From a virus, in IMG/VR virus record IMGVR_UViG_3300024350_000006: a stretch of DNA of 64,000 nt; one strand, written 5' to 3'. This document shows positions 8,466-18,298 of this stretch, piece by piece (within the stretch, counting starts at the first letter, position 1; each line of letters starts with the position of its first letter). Below the pieces are notes generated by a model. That model worked only from the letters and a program-made list of their open reading frames with translations, had not been told where the DNA came from and ran no database searches. A program made the position numbers and the translations under genes.

Positions 8466-9548
8466 ATGAAAAATACATTTCCCTACGTTGAGCATTATAT
8501 CGAATTTTTGGGCGGGTATCGTGATGCCAGCGGCGCACTCTACGGTCTGTTCAATCAACAGCAACCTCCCATAAATCTGGCCCGGTACGACGTTAATATT
8601 GTTGAGAGCCTAGCTTGTCAGACTTCGGAAACAAAACTAGGTTACACTGACCGTCAGGCTGATCTAGCTAGGAAACTGGTCAGCAAGTACAAAAAACAAT
8701 TAAGTAACCTACCTACTCCTATAATTGCCCCAGGACTGGAAGAAACTCTAGATTACAGAATGCCCATACGTCAGATTGATCGTAGACGTAGAGTTTTCAT
8801 AGAACAAGATAAATTTATTTTAAAGTTTCCCTTTGACAGCGAACTAATCAACGCTCTTAAGAAACAACTCAAAGAAGGTCAAGGCACAGGTAAATGGAAC
8901 GACGAGGAAAAGACCTGGGCCCTTGGTATGACTGAAAGTACTCTTAACTGGATCTTGGCTGTCAAAGACATATATAACTTTGAGACTAGTGATGACATAG
9001 ATAAACTAGCACAGGCTATGCTAGAACGCGAACGCACACCCTACAAACTAGAACTTAGACTAGTAAATGATAAACTAGTGATTACTAATGCTGCCACTAG
9101 TCTAATAGAATATATAAACGAAAACCTAGGAGGGCTAGACTTGAATAATCTAGTTAGGTTGGTGGATTATAGCAGTGTGCTAGGCTACTCTGTGGATACT
9201 AGCCTAGTAGAAAGATTAAATATTGACAAGGAGTTTATACCCTGGTTAGTCAATAAAACAATCAAGCTTGATAAAGACCTAGAAGAAGCACAGGCACTTG
9301 ACAAAGTTATAGAATATGCTAGACTGACTAATAGATTGCCAGTGTATCTTTACCAAGGACAGACCAAGATTAAAAAGAACACAGATGGTAAAGACTTGGT
9401 CTACCTGGACAGAGATAGCGAAGCCACTATAGAGCCTAGATTGCTAGTTACTACCACTACCTTTATGATAGGCCACAAACGTGCTCGTTGGTTACAGAGC
9501 GCAGAAAAGATTGCCATAATAAACAATGCAAGCCACACTACAGATTAA
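8466..9548 (+). CDS. Hypothetical protein
   Basis: 360 aa ORF; KFPFD...GKWNDEEKTW segment resembles HARP-like motifs seen next to helicases. Confidence 0.75.
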   Translation: MKNTFPYVEHYIEFLGGYRDASGALYGLFNQQQPPINLARYDVNIVESLACQTSETKLGYTDRQADLARKLVSKYKKQLSNLPTPIIAPGLEETLDYRMPIRQIDRRRRVFIEQDKFILKFPFDSELINALKKQLKEGQGTGKWNDEEKTWALGMTESTLNWILAVKDIYNFETSDDIDKLAQAMLERERTPYKLELRLVNDKLVITNAATSLIEYINENLGGLDLNNLVRLVDYSSVLGYSVDTSLVERLNIDKEFIPWLVNKTIKLDKDLEEAQALDKVIEYARLTNRLPVYLYQGQTKIKKNTDGKDLVYLDRDSEATIEPRLLVTTTTFMIGHKRARWLQSAEKIAIINNASHTTD

Positions 9549-11037
9549 CGACGAAGTAAATGTAAAAATACAGGGACTAGATCTTAAACATAGAAAATAT
9601 CTTTCGGACAAGTACAAGTTCGAAATTCCCGGTGCCAGGTATCTCCCTGTGGTACGTCTAGGACGCTGGGATGGCAAGGTAAGTTATTTTCAGTTAGGTG
9701 GCACTACCTACATTAACTTACTGCCCGAGATACTGCCCTATCTAGATGATCAGGGCTATGATATTGAAATCAATGACACTAGAGAATACAATACTAAGTT
9801 CAACTTTCCCAGATTTGATAGTGATACCTTTGCCAACAAAACCTGGCCTCAGGGTCATCCACAGGCCGGACAGCCCATAACCTTCCGCGACTATCAAGTA
9901 GAAATAATCAATAACTTTTTAGAAAATCCACAGAGTGTTCAGGAGATAGCTACAGGTGCTGGCAAGACCTTGATCACTGCTGCTCTCAGTAAGACGGTGG
10001 AATCGCAAGGGCGCAGCATTGTCATTGTGCCCAATAAAAGTCTAGTAGCACAGACCGAGGCAGATTACATTAATCTAGGTCTTGATGTAGGAGTCTATTA
10101 CGGAGAAAGAAAAGAACTAGCACACAGGCACGTTATCTGTACCTGGCAGAGTATCAATGTTCTAATTAAAAATAGTCAGGGTAGAAATGCTGAAGACGAA
10201 CCAGCGAGCCTTAGGTTACTTAAAGATCCCAAAGACTATCTAATAGATGATCTAGCACAAGATGTTGTTTTAGTTATGGTTGATGAAGTACATCAAGCTA
10301 AAGCAGAAGTCCTCAAACAACTTCTTTCTGGTGTTTTTAGTCGTGTGCCTCTACGCTGGGGACTGACTGGTACTATACCCAAAGAAGATTTCGCTCGTGT
10401 AAGTATTCTATGTACACTGGGGCCAGTGGTGGGTCGTCTTAGTGCAAGTGAGCTACAGGAAGCAGGGCATCTAGCTGACTGCCACGTGAATATATTACAA
10501 TTACAGGATTACGCAGAGTATTCGGATTATAAATCCGAACTAAATTATCTTACTACTGATACAGCTCGTATTAAATTTTTGTCTGAATTAATCAATAACA
10601 TAAAAGACACTGGCAATAGTCTTGTATTAGTGGACAGAATAGAATCCGGCCGGGGAATAGTGGAAGCACTAAATATGCTGACCCCTGATTCAGCAGTGTT
10701 TGTTTCAGGATCCACTAAATCTAAAACTCGACAAGCTGAATATGATGAAATTGCGACTGCTACTAACAAGATTATTGTGGCGACTTATGGTGTGGCCGCT
10801 GTGGGTATTAATATCCCTCGTATTTTTAATCTGGTTCTTCTGGAACCCGGAAAGAGCTTTGTACGTGTTATACAGAGTATTGGGCGAGGCATTAGACGAG
10901 CTGAGGACAAAGACTTCGTCCAAATCTGGGACTTGACCAGCAGTTGTAGATTTGCCAAACGCCATCTAACACAACGTAAAAAGTTTTACACTGAAGCTAA
11001 CTACCCCTATACCTTTGAAAGAGTGGAATGGAAATAG
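9526..11037 (+). CDS. uvsW: SF2 DNA helicase, UvsW-like
   Basis: RLGRWDGK, Q motif RDYQ, ATGAGKT, DEVH, GLTGT, QSIGRGIR. Confidence 0.88.
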   Translation: MQATLQINDEVNVKIQGLDLKHRKYLSDKYKFEIPGARYLPVVRLGRWDGKVSYFQLGGTTYINLLPEILPYLDDQGYDIEINDTREYNTKFNFPRFDSDTFANKTWPQGHPQAGQPITFRDYQVEIINNFLENPQSVQEIATGAGKTLITAALSKTVESQGRSIVIVPNKSLVAQTEADYINLGLDVGVYYGERKELAHRHVICTWQSINVLIKNSQGRNAEDEPASLRLLKDPKDYLIDDLAQDVVLVMVDEVHQAKAEVLKQLLSGVFSRVPLRWGLTGTIPKEDFARVSILCTLGPVVGRLSASELQEAGHLADCHVNILQLQDYAEYSDYKSELNYLTTDTARIKFLSELINNIKDTGNSLVLVDRIESGRGIVEALNMLTPDSAVFVSGSTKSKTRQAEYDEIATATNKIIVATYGVAAVGINIPRIFNLVLLEPGKSFVRVIQSIGRGIRRAEDKDFVQIWDLTSSCRFAKRHLTQRKKFYTEANYPYTFERVEWK

Positions 11038-11071
11038 CTCTTTTAAATTTAAGCAATACACGGAGAATAAT

Positions 11072-11578
11072 TTGAGAATATTACAACTAGACACTAATGC
11101 AGCCTACAGCCTTAATGAAATACCTGAAGAAATTGATGATGTAAGATTCTGTGTTCTAGATAATTCTGATCCTCGTAATCCCGATTATTATTATATTCCG
11201 CTAATTTTTCTAGAAAGTTTTAATGCACCAGCTCTGGTGCTTCGTATAGGCGAGAATGAAATAAAAATGCCAGTTGACTGGCAGATATTAATTGGCGAAC
11301 CTGATCTGGGAGATCTAGAAGTTGTGCCTCTAACTAGTATAAACGATCGAGGATTTAGCGTGTTCACCTTCAATCCCATCAAGAGTTTTAGGCCGGAATT
11401 TAAACCAGTAGAAGTAATGGATATCTATCAGGATGTAAAATGGTATTTTCCTAAACTTAAACCTGGACAGATGTTGGCAGTGCCCTTGGAAACTGGTGTG
11501 GAAAGTCCACTCTGTGCTTTCTTTGTCAAGGATATAAGTAGGCAGAGTGAGATCGTTAATTATAGTAAGGTATGGTGA
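11072..11578 (+). CDS. Conserved-looking hypothetical protein (probable TTG start)
   Basis: GGAG SD then in-frame TTG at 11072. Confidence 0.7.
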   Translation: MRILQLDTNAAYSLNEIPEEIDDVRFCVLDNSDPRNPDYYYIPLIFLESFNAPALVLRIGENEIKMPVDWQILIGEPDLGDLEVVPLTSINDRGFSVFTFNPIKSFRPEFKPVEVMDIYQDVKWYFPKLKPGQMLAVPLETGVESPLCAFFVKDISRQSEIVNYSKVW

Positions 11579-11579
11579 T

Positions 11580-11735
11580 ATGAGTAAACTAAGCGAACAG
11601 GAATGGCTAGAACGTGTACGTAAAGCTTCTGAACAATATACTTTATCTTTAACTGACGAGGAAGCAAAATATAATTCAGCTAGAGATTTTGTTAGATGGT
11701 TATACGAGCAATGGGGCTATGAATACCGTGGGTAG
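11580..11735 (+). CDS. Small hypothetical protein
   Basis: ATG 1 nt after the previous stop. Confidence 0.55.
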   Translation: MSKLSEQEWLERVRKASEQYTLSLTDEEAKYNSARDFVRWLYEQWGYEYRG

Positions 11736-11979
11736 TCTTAAACCGGGTGTCACTTACATTTATGAACGAGTGGGTGGGAGAACCTATGCTCGTGAGATGG
11801 GTTCCAAGGAGCGTGTACTAATAGGTGAAGAATACGCACTAAAAATTAATCGCCGAAGAATGGAACTTACTGACGAATGGATGCCTATATTAGAACAAGC
11901 AGACACCAATCCTGCTTTACAAGAAGCATTGGATCGTGTTAAAGTAATATATGAACTTACAAGGCAACACAACACCTGA
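11689..11979 (+). CDS. Hypothetical protein (true start probably 11719 or 11728)
   Basis: ORF track; YIYER..G.TYARE segment. Confidence 0.65.
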   Translation: MLDGYTSNGAMNTVGSLKPGVTYIYERVGGRTYAREMGSKERVLIGEEYALKINRRRMELTDEWMPILEQADTNPALQEALDRVKVIYELTRQHNT

Positions 11980-12226
11980 TAGTCTGGTCACTGACTTTTG
12001 GGATTATCGTCTAGAACGTGACAAATTTTGGACTAGGCTACGTATTTTTCGAGAGGATGCAGTCAAACAAGATCCTGATCTAGAAAATTTAACCAAACTG
12101 CAAGTCTTGTTAGAACAAAATTATGGTGTCAGGATACATTTAAATGATGCAGGATATATTCTACCTAGTTATGACATCGTGGACGAAGCAAGCTTTACTA
12201 TGTTTCTATTAAAATATGACCGATAA
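11951..12226 (+). CDS. Hypothetical protein with C-terminal F-x-L-K-Y motif
   Basis: ORF track, overlapping neighbours. Confidence 0.65.
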   Translation: MNLQGNTTPDSLVTDFWDYRLERDKFWTRLRIFREDAVKQDPDLENLTKLQVLLEQNYGVRIHLNDAGYILPSYDIVDEASFTMFLLKYDR

Positions 12227-12686
12227 ATTAAGTATACAAAATGAAATGCGTCAGTTCGATTCCAAGAACAGAGATTTCTGGGACGAACTCACAGATGAGG
12301 AGCGGAAAAAGTTTAGCCCTTTTCTAATGATACGCTGGGGTGCTGGAGTAGAAGGCGGCGCAGATATGCAGGAATGGTATATACGTGCTGTCAATGAAAG
12401 ACTTAATCATAACTTCTTTGAGTTAAGTAAACATCCTAAATTACAATGGCTACTAGCAACCACAGTTAGCCCGGGACTGGGCTCACAACGGCACTACTGG
12501 CAGTCCACAAAAAAACGTGAAGGCACCACCAACAGTAAACTAGTAAAATTCTTGGCTAATCTTCGTCCTGATTTAAAACAAGATGATGTTGAATTGTTGG
12601 CGTCGCTCAATGACATTAAAACTGTAAAAGAATGGGCTAGAAATGCAGGCTACTCAGAACAGGACATTAAACGCGAACTTGGCTGA
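12216..12686 (+). CDS. Putative clamp-loader small subunit (T4 gp62-like)
   Basis: KKFSPFLMIRW, N...HPKLQW and basic patch resemble gp62; replication neighbourhood. Confidence 0.5.
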   Translation: MTDKLSIQNEMRQFDSKNRDFWDELTDEERKKFSPFLMIRWGAGVEGGADMQEWYIRAVNERLNHNFFELSKHPKLQWLLATTVSPGLGSQRHYWQSTKKREGTTNSKLVKFLANLRPDLKQDDVELLASLNDIKTVKEWARNAGYSEQDIKRELG

Positions 12687-13377
12687 TTTTAAATGTAAGT
12701 ATTGTGATAAAGTATTTCGCCGCGAAAGCTCTTTAGCGGCACATCTGTGTGAGAAAAAACGTCGCTGGCAGCAACAAAATGAACAGGGAGTACAAATTGG
12801 ATATAATGCCTACTTACAATTTTATGAAACGACTCAGGGATCAGCTCGTCTTAAAACCTATCAGGACTTTGTGGACAGTCCTTTCTATCTGGCTTTTGTA
12901 CGTTACGGCAGATATCTGGTTGGCGTTCGTGCTGTTAATGCTAATAGCTTTACAACTTGGTTATTAAAAAATAATAAAAAACTAGATCATTGGTGTAAAG
13001 ATAGTTTTTATGAAGAATGGTTGCGGGAATATTTAAGAAAAGAAAACCCCAGAGATGCTCTGGAGCGAGCTATCAAGGAGATGCAGGATTATGCAGAAAA
13101 ACTTAGACTGGATGGAACGGACTCTCTTGGCGATTATAGTAATTATTTCCGTCACGCTAACACTAATCGTGTCTGCTACCATATTACTACCGGTCGTATT
13201 AGCCCTTGGGTTCTTTACAATTGTGATAGTGGTCTGGGCTTTCTTGACACTCTTAGCCCAGAGCAAGTACTTTTGGTTATGCCTTATATTGACCCTGATT
13301 ACTGGAATCGTCGTTTCAAGGAATACCTGGCTGACACTGAGTGGGCTAGGTTAATATTGACTCAAGCTGGCCTATGA
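12679..13377 (+). CDS. C2H2-type zinc-finger-containing protein
   Basis: FKCKYCDKVF...LAAHLC; GRISPW; probable TTG start. Confidence 0.7.
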   Translation: MADFKCKYCDKVFRRESSLAAHLCEKKRRWQQQNEQGVQIGYNAYLQFYETTQGSARLKTYQDFVDSPFYLAFVRYGRYLVGVRAVNANSFTTWLLKNNKKLDHWCKDSFYEEWLREYLRKENPRDALERAIKEMQDYAEKLRLDGTDSLGDYSNYFRHANTNRVCYHITTGRISPWVLYNCDSGLGFLDTLSPEQVLLVMPYIDPDYWNRRFKEYLADTEWARLILTQAGL

Positions 13378-13607
13378 TATTATTTGTACTAGATTTAACT
13401 AGGGAATCTAGTACTAGACAGGAACTAGGTTGGCGTGCCACCCTAGGTATAGAAATTAGTCGTTGGTGCCGTGATCTAGGATTAGAACGCGACGTTGACT
13501 ATGACTGGGCCTTGATGTCTGCTAAAAATGAATTGCATTTTAGGTTCTGGGGTGAAGATCCAGCCTTCGCCACTATGTTTGCACTACGCTGGGCGGAATA
13601 TCTCTAA
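13374..13607 (+). CDS. Hypothetical protein, C-terminal FALRW motif
   Basis: ORF track, ATGA overlap. Confidence 0.65.
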   Translation: MILFVLDLTRESSTRQELGWRATLGIEISRWCRDLGLERDVDYDWALMSAKNELHFRFWGEDPAFATMFALRWAEYL

Positions 13608-13877
13608 ATGTTTTATACTACAGATGTTATAACAAACTTTGTGAAAAATCCTAAAAGACTTTATAAAATTGACTGGGTAAGAGACCTAGAGTTGTGTCTA
13701 CATAATCCCTACGACAGCACTGACCTAGCCTATTATTATTATCATACGGAACAGGAACTAGATGAAATTAATTCCTGGGTTGAAGAAAATAACCTAGGCC
13801 AACGAACGTTTATTAATCGATGGCGTCTACGAGACGACCTAGCACTTGCAGTGTTTATACTTAAATGGATCAAATGA
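13608..13877 (+). CDS. Hypothetical protein, C-terminal FILKW motif
   Basis: ORF track, abuts the previous gene. Confidence 0.65.
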   Translation: MFYTTDVITNFVKNPKRLYKIDWVRDLELCLHNPYDSTDLAYYYYHTEQELDEINSWVEENNLGQRTFINRWRLRDDLALAVFILKWIK

Positions 13878-14443
13878 AATTTACATCTGATATTGATATT
13901 GATTTTGCAGATAGGTCCAAGATACTAGAGCTTATTAAACACACACCTGCAAAACTCGAGGATGGGCAACGTCACGCCAGTGGTGTCTATGTTACTGAAA
14001 TCCCTGTTGATCCCTATACAGGGTTGGCCAGTCTTGATTACAAAACGGCAGAAGAACTAGGATATCTTAAATTAGATTTTTTGAATGTCAGTGTTTATAA
14101 TCTTGTTCGAGACCCTGAGCATCTAAAACAGTTAATGGCACAAGAACCTGCCTGGCATCGCCTCTATGAACAAGATTTTTGCGCAAAACTAATACATCTA
14201 GGTAATCATTACAAAACACTTATAGAAATGCCCGAAGCAGTAAACAGTATACCCAGACTGGCAATGTTTTTGAGTGTGATAAGGCCAGCTAAACGTCATT
14301 TAATTGGCAAGCCCTGGGCTGAAGTAGCACAGACTATCTGGAATCGCCCCGAGGACGGTGGTTATTATTTTAAGAAAAGCCACGCCGTTGCCTATGCACA
14401 TCTAGTGGCAGTTCATATGAATCTACTAGACTCTACGAACTAG
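13874..14443 (+). CDS. Miniature DnaE-like (family C polymerase) catalytic-core protein
   Basis: SDIDIDF, RHASGVY, GYLKLDFL, IRP, YYFKKSHAVAYA in DnaE order within 189 aa. Confidence 0.8.
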   Translation: MKFTSDIDIDFADRSKILELIKHTPAKLEDGQRHASGVYVTEIPVDPYTGLASLDYKTAEELGYLKLDFLNVSVYNLVRDPEHLKQLMAQEPAWHRLYEQDFCAKLIHLGNHYKTLIEMPEAVNSIPRLAMFLSVIRPAKRHLIGKPWAEVAQTIWNRPEDGGYYFKKSHAVAYAHLVAVHMNLLDSTN

Positions 14444-14818
14444 TATTATACTTCTACGTTTACTTTTCCTAAGGATTGTTTCTTTTAGGCTAATAGCGGG
14501 GCCGTATTTGAGAGCTACGTCCTTGCTGTTGAATGTTTTTAATGTGTATCTAAACTGGTACCAGTCAGATTTTAAAAATATGTTTATGGGCACAAGTCTA
14601 TTACTTTCCCACCACCAGGTCTCTCCCATCTCTAGAAAAGCCATTTTTTCCTGATCAGTTTTTAAAGCGCCAAAATCGTAGATGCTAGTAATAACATCGT
14701 CCAGATTCTGGACTATGCCAATGTACTCGTTGCCCCCGTAAGTTAAAAAGCTTAAAAAAGGATGATCTTTTAATATATTTTGGTGATCTGGTAGTGTCAT
14801 CGTATTAAAAATGCTCAT
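14426..14818 (-). CDS. Hypothetical protein (only convincing minus-strand gene; may start at 14800)
   Basis: Fills the gap; YIGIVQN and WWWESNR motifs; CTAAATA upstream on the minus strand. Confidence 0.75.
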   Translation of the reverse strand: MSIFNTMTLPDHQNILKDHPFLSFLTYGGNEYIGIVQNLDDVITSIYDFGALKTDQEKMAFLEMGETWWWESNRLVPINIFLKSDWYQFRYTLKTFNSKDVALKYGPAISLKETILRKSKRRSIILVRRV

Positions 14819-14819
14819 T

Positions 14820-14878
14820 TATTTAGTGTTCTGGTAGTGTGCTGACGCCAAATGTCCAAATAACTAAATATATAAATA
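14820..14878. promoter_or_regulatory. Divergent T4-like late promoters
   Basis: CTAAATA on the minus strand at 14820-14826; CTAAATA 14864-14870 and TATAAATA 14871-14878 on plus. Confidence 0.65.
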
Positions 14879-14882
14879 CAAG

Positions 14883-15323
14883 ATGCAACAAATAACCAGT
14901 TACATCTATAATAATAGAATCACGGTGGTCTACGACACCGATCTTTCTACAACTGTAAGGAACAGACAAGTGTACACTAGAACAGTGGATATATACCCCG
15001 AGGTGGATAATCCCATACAGATACGTTTTTTGAATCAGGATCAGAAACCCACAGTTTTATCCAACGTCACTGTTCGTCTAGATGTAATTGATGATTATGT
15101 GGGCGCAAACAGTAATGTAGTTCTAAGTCGCACTGCCACTGCTATAAACGCAGCAGCGGGGTTATGGACATTAACTATAACTAGTGCCAATGTAGCAGGG
15201 CTAGACAGAAGTACCTACAATTATATGATTAAAATTGATAACGGTTCAGCTAATACCGCAGCCTACACTGATGATAATTTTGGCGCCTACGGACAGATAA
15301 GAGTCCATAACAATACAAAATAA
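14883..15323 (+). CDS. Putative virion protein (beta-sandwich)
   Basis: Follows a late promoter; beta-rich T/N/V composition. Confidence 0.6.
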   Translation: MQQITSYIYNNRITVVYDTDLSTTVRNRQVYTRTVDIYPEVDNPIQIRFLNQDQKPTVLSNVTVRLDVIDDYVGANSNVVLSRTATAINAAAGLWTLTITSANVAGLDRSTYNYMIKIDNGSANTAAYTDDNFGAYGQIRVHNNTK

Positions 15324-15325
15324 TT

Positions 15326-15550
15326 ATGGCTGCTAACGGGATCAGTACTTTATCTAGCAAGGAAGATAGACAAGTTGCAAAACTTGACCTAGCTCAGATC
15401 GACCGCCAGGCTGGAGGGAATGTACTTGCTCCTGCTTATAGAGCTAGAAACAATTATGATATAACACAGTTACCCACTCAGTACAGTGGTAATACGGTTG
15501 TAAATAACCCCAACACTGGAGGTTTAATTAATGGAAGACCCTGGGTATGA
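15326..15550 (+). CDS. Hypothetical virion-associated protein
   Basis: ORF track; late cluster. Confidence 0.65.
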   Translation: MAANGISTLSSKEDRQVAKLDLAQIDRQAGGNVLAPAYRARNNYDITQLPTQYSGNTVVNNPNTGGLINGRPWV

Positions 15551-17172
15551 GTGATAGTAATAAATTAGCAAACGTTGATTATAGATTAAAAAATCTTACT
15601 AATGCTCTTTATCTAACTAATGACGATGACGTTGCGCTTCGCACTGGTATAGAGGGCAACATAGTGATTAGCGGTAATGTAAATGTTCCGGGAAATGTTA
15701 ACGTAGACTCCGCACATATAACAGAAGTGGGAACTAGTGGTATACTTACTACACCATATCTTCCTGTAGGCGGTAACGTAGCTATAACCAATAATGTAAC
15801 AGTGGTAGATGGTGGCGGGAGTATCACTGTGGATGGTAATGTAACTGCCACAGTCTCAGGCAATGTTAATATTGGAACTTTACCTGAAGTAGAAATTAAA
15901 AACGATACAGGCAACCCTATAGCTATTAGTAAAAACACTACCACTAATAGTGAATCTAACCCCATCTGGGTTAAAGGTACTAGTGACACAAGTTTCTTTA
16001 GTCCTGTACAGAGTGATGCCTTTGGTAGACTGCGTATTAGCAATCCTTTTACATTGTTTGATGGGGCAATGCGCTACAATGATAATGAGTTTAAATGGAA
16101 TCAGAAAGATACTGCGGGAGGTACGAGTTCTTTCCTAGCTAACGAAAGTAGTGTACTTATGTCAGTGTCCTCCAATGGCGATGAAAGTATAAGACAAAGT
16201 AAACAAGTATTTGCCTACCAACCTGGTAAAAGCTTACTAACCCTTGTAACTTTTGCAGCTACCACACCCACAGTGGGATTAAGACAGCGTGTGGGATATT
16301 TTGGAGCACAAAATGGCGTCTATCTAGAACTTGATGGCACCACGGTCAATATGGTTATAAGAAAGTTTACCTCAGGTACCGTAGACGATACATCAGAAAA
16401 GATAGCTAGATCCAGCTGGAATGGAGACAAACTAGATGGCACTGGGCCCAGCGGAATAACTTTAAACTTCAGTAAATCCCAAATATGGTGGTGTGATGTA
16501 GAATGGCTAGGTGTGGGGTCAGTAAGAACAGGATTTGTTGTAAATGGTCAGTTTATAATCTGTCACACTTTCCATCACGCTAATGTACTAGATAAAGTTT
16601 ATATGACCACTGCCTGTTTACCCGTGCGATATGAAATAACAAGTACAGGTGCAGCAGGTAATCTAAGAGCTATTTGTAGTACAGTTATATCAGAAGGTGG
16701 ATATAGTAATAGAAGCCTTCCAAGAGCAAAAAGTACAGCACTTACCGGACGTAATTTATCAGATACAGAGTTTAGGCCTTTGATTTGTATTAGGTTAAAA
16801 AGTGGTAATATAGATTCAATTGTGACCCCTAGTAAATTTGATCTTTATGGGTTACAGCAGGCAGCCTTTATATATAGAGTTATTTTAAATCCCACACTCA
16901 CAGGGGCATCCTGGGTAAGTGCTGATACCAATAGTCGTGTTGAATATGACATTAGTAGCAATGCTCTTTCAGGTGGCACTGTAATTAACGAGGGCATTTT
17001 TGTAGGATCAAATAAAGGTGGTGCAGCCTCTGTAAGTTCTAACGAAATAGATTTTTCACAACAACTAGGTAGAACTATTGATGGGGTCAGTGATATCTAT
17101 TGTATTGCTGCTATTGCAACCACAAATAACGATGACGCAGTGGCTAGTCTGAGCTGGCAGGAACATATTTAA
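15547..17172 (+). CDS. Putative virion structural protein
   Basis: G/N/V-rich fibre-like N-terminus, DAFGRLR, YQPGKS, EWLGVG beta-rich domain. Confidence 0.65.
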   Translation: MSDSNKLANVDYRLKNLTNALYLTNDDDVALRTGIEGNIVISGNVNVPGNVNVDSAHITEVGTSGILTTPYLPVGGNVAITNNVTVVDGGGSITVDGNVTATVSGNVNIGTLPEVEIKNDTGNPIAISKNTTTNSESNPIWVKGTSDTSFFSPVQSDAFGRLRISNPFTLFDGAMRYNDNEFKWNQKDTAGGTSSFLANESSVLMSVSSNGDESIRQSKQVFAYQPGKSLLTLVTFAATTPTVGLRQRVGYFGAQNGVYLELDGTTVNMVIRKFTSGTVDDTSEKIARSSWNGDKLDGTGPSGITLNFSKSQIWWCDVEWLGVGSVRTGFVVNGQFIICHTFHHANVLDKVYMTTACLPVRYEITSTGAAGNLRAICSTVISEGGYSNRSLPRAKSTALTGRNLSDTEFRPLICIRLKSGNIDSIVTPSKFDLYGLQQAAFIYRVILNPTLTGASWVSADTNSRVEYDISSNALSGGTVINEGIFVGSNKGGAASVSSNEIDFSQQLGRTIDGVSDIYCIAAIATTNNDDAVASLSWQEHI

Positions 17173-17194
17173 CCATATTCCTTACTCTAAAGTC

Positions 17195-17223
17195 TTGCTA
17201 AATCAACCTAACTAGTGTAGAAT
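17195..17223 (+). promoter_or_regulatory. Sigma70-type promoter TTGCTA-N17-TAGAAT
   Basis: 17 nt spacer; ATG 7 nt downstream with no SD. Confidence 0.55.
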
Positions 17224-17230
17224 ATACACT

Positions 17231-18298
17231 ATGTATTCTGCCATTCAGGACTATGTCCTACAACATCTTCCTTTTAGAAAAAAAACCAGCCAGAGTGGCT
17301 GGATAAGCTTTGATGCTCCTTGCTGTGTGTATCGTGGAGAAAGTGCAGATACACGCAGTCGCGGTGGTATAAAAACCACTCCGGAAGGTGGCGTCAGTTA
17401 TCATTGTTTTAACTGTTCTTACACAGCCAGCTACCAGCCTGGCAGATCTCTTAGTTATAAATTTAGAAGATTACTTAAATGGTTGGGCACAGATGATCTA
17501 GAAATACAACGTCTTGCAATAGAAGCAACTAGATATCGTAGCTTAATTGATCCCAGCGCACTCGCAGTGCAAGAAGAAAATACTGCCATAACTTTTGAGT
17601 CAAGAGAACTTCCCGAGCAGTCCAGGGACATTGTAGAACTAGCCACACATTATACTCTCGCAGACTATAAACATATACCCGAAGAGTACCACAGTGTGGT
17701 AAAGTATATAATGGATGACCGCAAGATAGATACAAGTAAATATAACTTCCGGTGGACTCCTGAAGTAGCTTATAATCTACATAAACGTGTGATTATTCCT
17801 TTTTACTATCAGGGAAATATAGTGGGCTACACAGCTCGCGCTGTAATAGATGATGTAAAGCCCAAGTATAGAAGTAGCCATCCAGCAGATTTTGTTTTTA
17901 ACCTGGATAGACAGACAGCGGATAAAAAATTTGTCATAGTCTGTGAAGGACCTTTTGATGCTATGAGTATAGATGGTGTGGCAATATTGACCAATGAAGT
18001 AAGTAAACAGCAGGCTGAACTTATAGAAAATCTAGAAAGAGAAATCATCGTAGTTCCTGATTTTGATGTCAAGCCTCATCCCAAGTCCGGCAAAAAAATC
18101 TGGGCTGGACAACGATTAGTGGACCAAGCCCTTGAACTAGGTTGGTCAGTAAGTTTCCCAGTCTGGCGGGAAACCTGCAAGGATATAAATGAAGCGGTTG
18201 TAAAATATGGTCAGCTATTTGTACTCAAGTCCATACTGGATGCTTGTGAAACAAGTAGAATTAAAATAGAATTACTAAAACGTGGAGTAGTGCATTAA
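17231..18298 (+). CDS. dnaG: DNA primase (zinc finger + TOPRIM)
   Basis: PCC...YHCFNC zinc-binding region, IIPF...GYTAR, VCEGPFDAMS, VPDFD, KDINE. Confidence 0.88.
   Translation: MYSAIQDYVLQHLPFRKKTSQSGWISFDAPCCVYRGESADTRSRGGIKTTPEGGVSYHCFNCSYTASYQPGRSLSYKFRRLLKWLGTDDLEIQRLAIEATRYRSLIDPSALAVQEENTAITFESRELPEQSRDIVELATHYTLADYKHIPEEYHSVVKYIMDDRKIDTSKYNFRWTPEVAYNLHKRVIIPFYYQGNIVGYTARAVIDDVKPKYRSSHPADFVFNLDRQTADKKFVIVCEGPFDAMSIDGVAILTNEVSKQQAELIENLEREIIVVPDFDVKPHPKSGKKIWAGQRLVDQALELGWSVSFPVWRETCKDINEAVVKYGQLFVLKSILDACETSRIKIELLKRGVVH

Noticed and set aside
13874-14443. dnaE pseudogene
   Set aside because: Intact ORF with selectively retained catalytic motifs and no flanking remnants.
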